Origin: a virus
Taxonomy: Duplodnaviria > Caudoviricetes
Length of the DNA: 58,560 nt
Reading direction: 5' to 3' (one strand)
IMG/VR virus record: IMGVR_UViG_3300009149_000037
Location: 1-58,560 of that record
Below, one piece after another: positions 56,748-58,560 of the stretch (positions within the stretch are counted from its first letter, which is position 1; each line of letters begins with the position of its first letter). The notes under the pieces are model-generated. The model worked only from the letters and a program-made list of their open reading frames with translations, had not been told where the DNA came from and did not search any database. A program made the position numbers and the translations under genes.

Positions 56748-57896
56748 ATGTTTGTTGAATCTGACTACATCCTCAACGGGCAAGGTCATGGAGAAGTCGC
56801 TGAGGCTTTTCAGAATGCTCGATTTGAAAAAGGGCTGATGCGACCCTTCTACGCTCGCAATAAAGCAGGACGAATGGTGTCTGTTGTTCAAGTTCAGAAC
56901 GGTACAAAATCTGATGGAACACCAGACTACGAATTGATTCCAACGGCTGATCTTCAAAGTCGTGGAATGCAGTCTCGAGTAGCAAACGCGACATCACTTC
57001 GAAAAGATGATTGGATTCGATTTGATAAGGCAGTTGTAAAGTCTGCTCGTCAACGTCTCAGGGCTTGGTCTGATCTAGCTGCTGCGAATACCCTCAGTGG
57101 TTTCGACGGTATGTCTCAGACGATTCTTGAGCATGAGACGGTGAGTGATCCGGGTGAAGCTCTGGTTGACATGGATGGTACGGCAGAAGGTCGCACCGAT
57201 GAGCCACGATTCCAGCTTGAAGGTTTGCCTCTTCCGATTACTCACAGTGGCTTTTCTTTCTCTGAGAGGAAGCTTGCTGTCAGTCGGAAAAGCGGAACGC
57301 CTCTCGATGTAACTCAGGCAGAAGCTGCTGGCCGACGAGTTGCAGAGCACGTTGAGAAAACTCTGATCGGCGTTAATACTGGTCTAATCTATGGAACGGC
57401 TGCCGATTATGGTCGTAGTCCTCAAGTCTATGGTTACACGAATTTTCCTGCTCGTCTAACCGATACGACTGGTACTGACCCAACGGGAGCAAACGGTCCA
57501 ACAGTCCTGAGTGACTGGCTTGGATATCGTGATGCTCTTTACAACAACAACTTCTATGGGCCATTCATGGTTTATACGAGTCGTGATTGGGATCAATACC
57601 TTGATAATCTGTTTTCAACAACTGAGCCTTCTGCTGGCACTCTTCGAAGTCGCCTCTTGCAGATTGATGGTATTCAAGACATCCGTCGTCTTGATTTCCT
57701 CACAAGCGATTTCCAAGTGATCTTCGTTCAGATGACTTCGGATGTTGCTCGGGCTGTTGTTGGTATGGATATTACGACCATCCAGTGGGATTCAATGGGC
57801 GGACTGCGAAAGAACTTCAAAGTCATGTCTATTATGGTTCCTCAACTGCGAGCAGACTTCAGTGACAACTGTGGAATTCTCCACGCTTCTCATTGA
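56748..57896 (+). CDS. Major capsid protein (HK97 fold, linocin/encapsulin-like subgroup)
   Basis: 'LRKDDW..DKAV', 'PLPITHSGF', 'AGRRVAE', 'YGYTNFP'; canonical position. Confidence 0.85.
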   Translation: MFVESDYILNGQGHGEVAEAFQNARFEKGLMRPFYARNKAGRMVSVVQVQNGTKSDGTPDYELIPTADLQSRGMQSRVANATSLRKDDWIRFDKAVVKSARQRLRAWSDLAAANTLSGFDGMSQTILEHETVSDPGEALVDMDGTAEGRTDEPRFQLEGLPLPITHSGFSFSERKLAVSRKSGTPLDVTQAEAAGRRVAEHVEKTLIGVNTGLIYGTAADYGRSPQVYGYTNFPARLTDTTGTDPTGANGPTVLSDWLGYRDALYNNNFYGPFMVYTSRDWDQYLDNLFSTTEPSAGTLRSRLLQIDGIQDIRRLDFLTSDFQVIFVQMTSDVARAVVGMDITTIQWDSMGGLRKNFKVMSIMVPQLRADFSDNCGILHASH

Positions 57897-57992
57897 TGGT
57901 TTCTAATTCTTAGGAAGCATCTTAAACCGGATGCTCTGGCCAAGGATGGCCTTTAATACAACTTCCAAAACGGCAAAAGACAGGAGCTTCAA

Positions 57993-58391
57993 ATGGCTAC
58001 AGCAACTGCAACTCCAGTAATGAAATTCAGGCTGAAGGTTGGTACTCACGTTTCGATAATGCGAGACAAAGAAGGTAAGCCAGTTATTGATCCAAAGACT
58101 GGCCGAAACAAAACGATCAAGCATGAGGCAAGTAATCCACGAACTTGCCTGATTGATAGTACCGATGATCTGGCAGCAAGGTTTGGACGAACTAAGTTTG
58201 AACCTATCTATGGTCAGTCAACCAGAGCATTGGAAGAGTCTCATCCCGAAGTTTATGCCTTCGAAAAAATGACTGTCTCTCAGTTGAAGGAATATGCTGA
58301 GGAAGACGAGATCGACATTGAAGGCATGAAAACCAAAGTCGATATTATCAATGGTTTGCGAAAAGCCATCGCTGAACGAGAAGCAGAATAA
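57993..58391 (+). CDS. Protein with C-terminal HeH/Rho-N-like domain
   Basis: 'EKMTVSQLKEYAEEDEIDIEGMKTKVDII'. Confidence 0.65.
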   Translation: MATATATPVMKFRLKVGTHVSIMRDKEGKPVIDPKTGRNKTIKHEASNPRTCLIDSTDDLAARFGRTKFEPIYGQSTRALEESHPEVYAFEKMTVSQLKEYAEEDEIDIEGMKTKVDIINGLRKAIAEREAE

Positions 58392-58435
58392 TTCCTGGCA
58401 AGGAATGATCCTTTCTTCCAGGGAGATACTTCAGA

Positions 58436-58560
58436 ATGGCTGTAAGAACAAACGCAACCAACGTCAAAGCAGTCCTTTTGAGTCTGTACGATCTGGTCAA
58501 TACTCCTGACTTGACAGCTTTCATTTCTGAAGCTTCTCTCCTGGTTGATTGGGTTGACTC
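58436..58560 (+). CDS. Head-tail connector protein (3' truncated)
   Basis: MAVRTNATNVKAVL..DLTAFISEASLLVD; position after the capsid gene. Confidence 0.6.
   Translation, partial: MAVRTNATNVKAVLLSLYDLVNTPDLTAFISEASLLVDWVD

Noticed and set aside
56748-57896. Encapsulin/bacteriocin nanocompartment
   Set aside because: It sits in the terminase-portal-protease-decoration-capsid order, so it is the phage major capsid protein.
1-58560. Genome-wide stop-codon reassignment
   Set aside because: Long conserved genes are intact in code 11 and end in TAA, TAG and TGA; only one isolated in-frame TGA was seen.

Overview
This window is most of the genome of a tailed dsDNA bacteriophage, siphovirus-like and linearised inside the tape-measure gene. 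No integrase, repressor-integrase module or endolysin is recognisable. The host is probably a member of Planctomycetota; this is a weak inference from the phage-borne CsrA and the Cys-rich tail-region proteins. Layout: (1-6.2 kb) distal tail genes; (6.2-13.8 kb) a glycosyltransferase/sulfotransferase/FkbM cluster; (14.1-21.9 kb) a leftward early region with SF1 helicase, HTH and ParB-like proteins and repeated promoters; (22.4-46.5 kb) rightward replication/recombination genes (RuvC, UDG, PD-(D/E)xK nuclease, Sak4-like ATPase, CsrA, PolA, primase, ATPase); (46.5-58.5 kb) terminase, portal, MuF head protein, protease/scaffold and capsid. The standout is a thymidine-hypermodification locus at 34.1-42.2 kb. 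It has a dUMP-hydroxymethylase-like thymidylate synthase, a two-part 5-hmdU DNA kinase and an amino-acid:DNA-transferase homolog, co-transcribed with myo-inositol-1-phosphate synthase, a HAD phosphatase and an FkbM methyltransferase. This suggests an (O-methyl)inositol-thymidine DNA base, which I do not know to be described. Also found by reading the sequence: a type II hammerhead ribozyme, three tRNA-like RNAs that all have abnormal anticodon regions, a sense-strand TCAGGGA motif (about 19 copies) resembling CsrA sites, and a MuF protein with an ADP-ribosyltransferase-like tip. All family assignments come from motif recognition by eye; no database searches were run.
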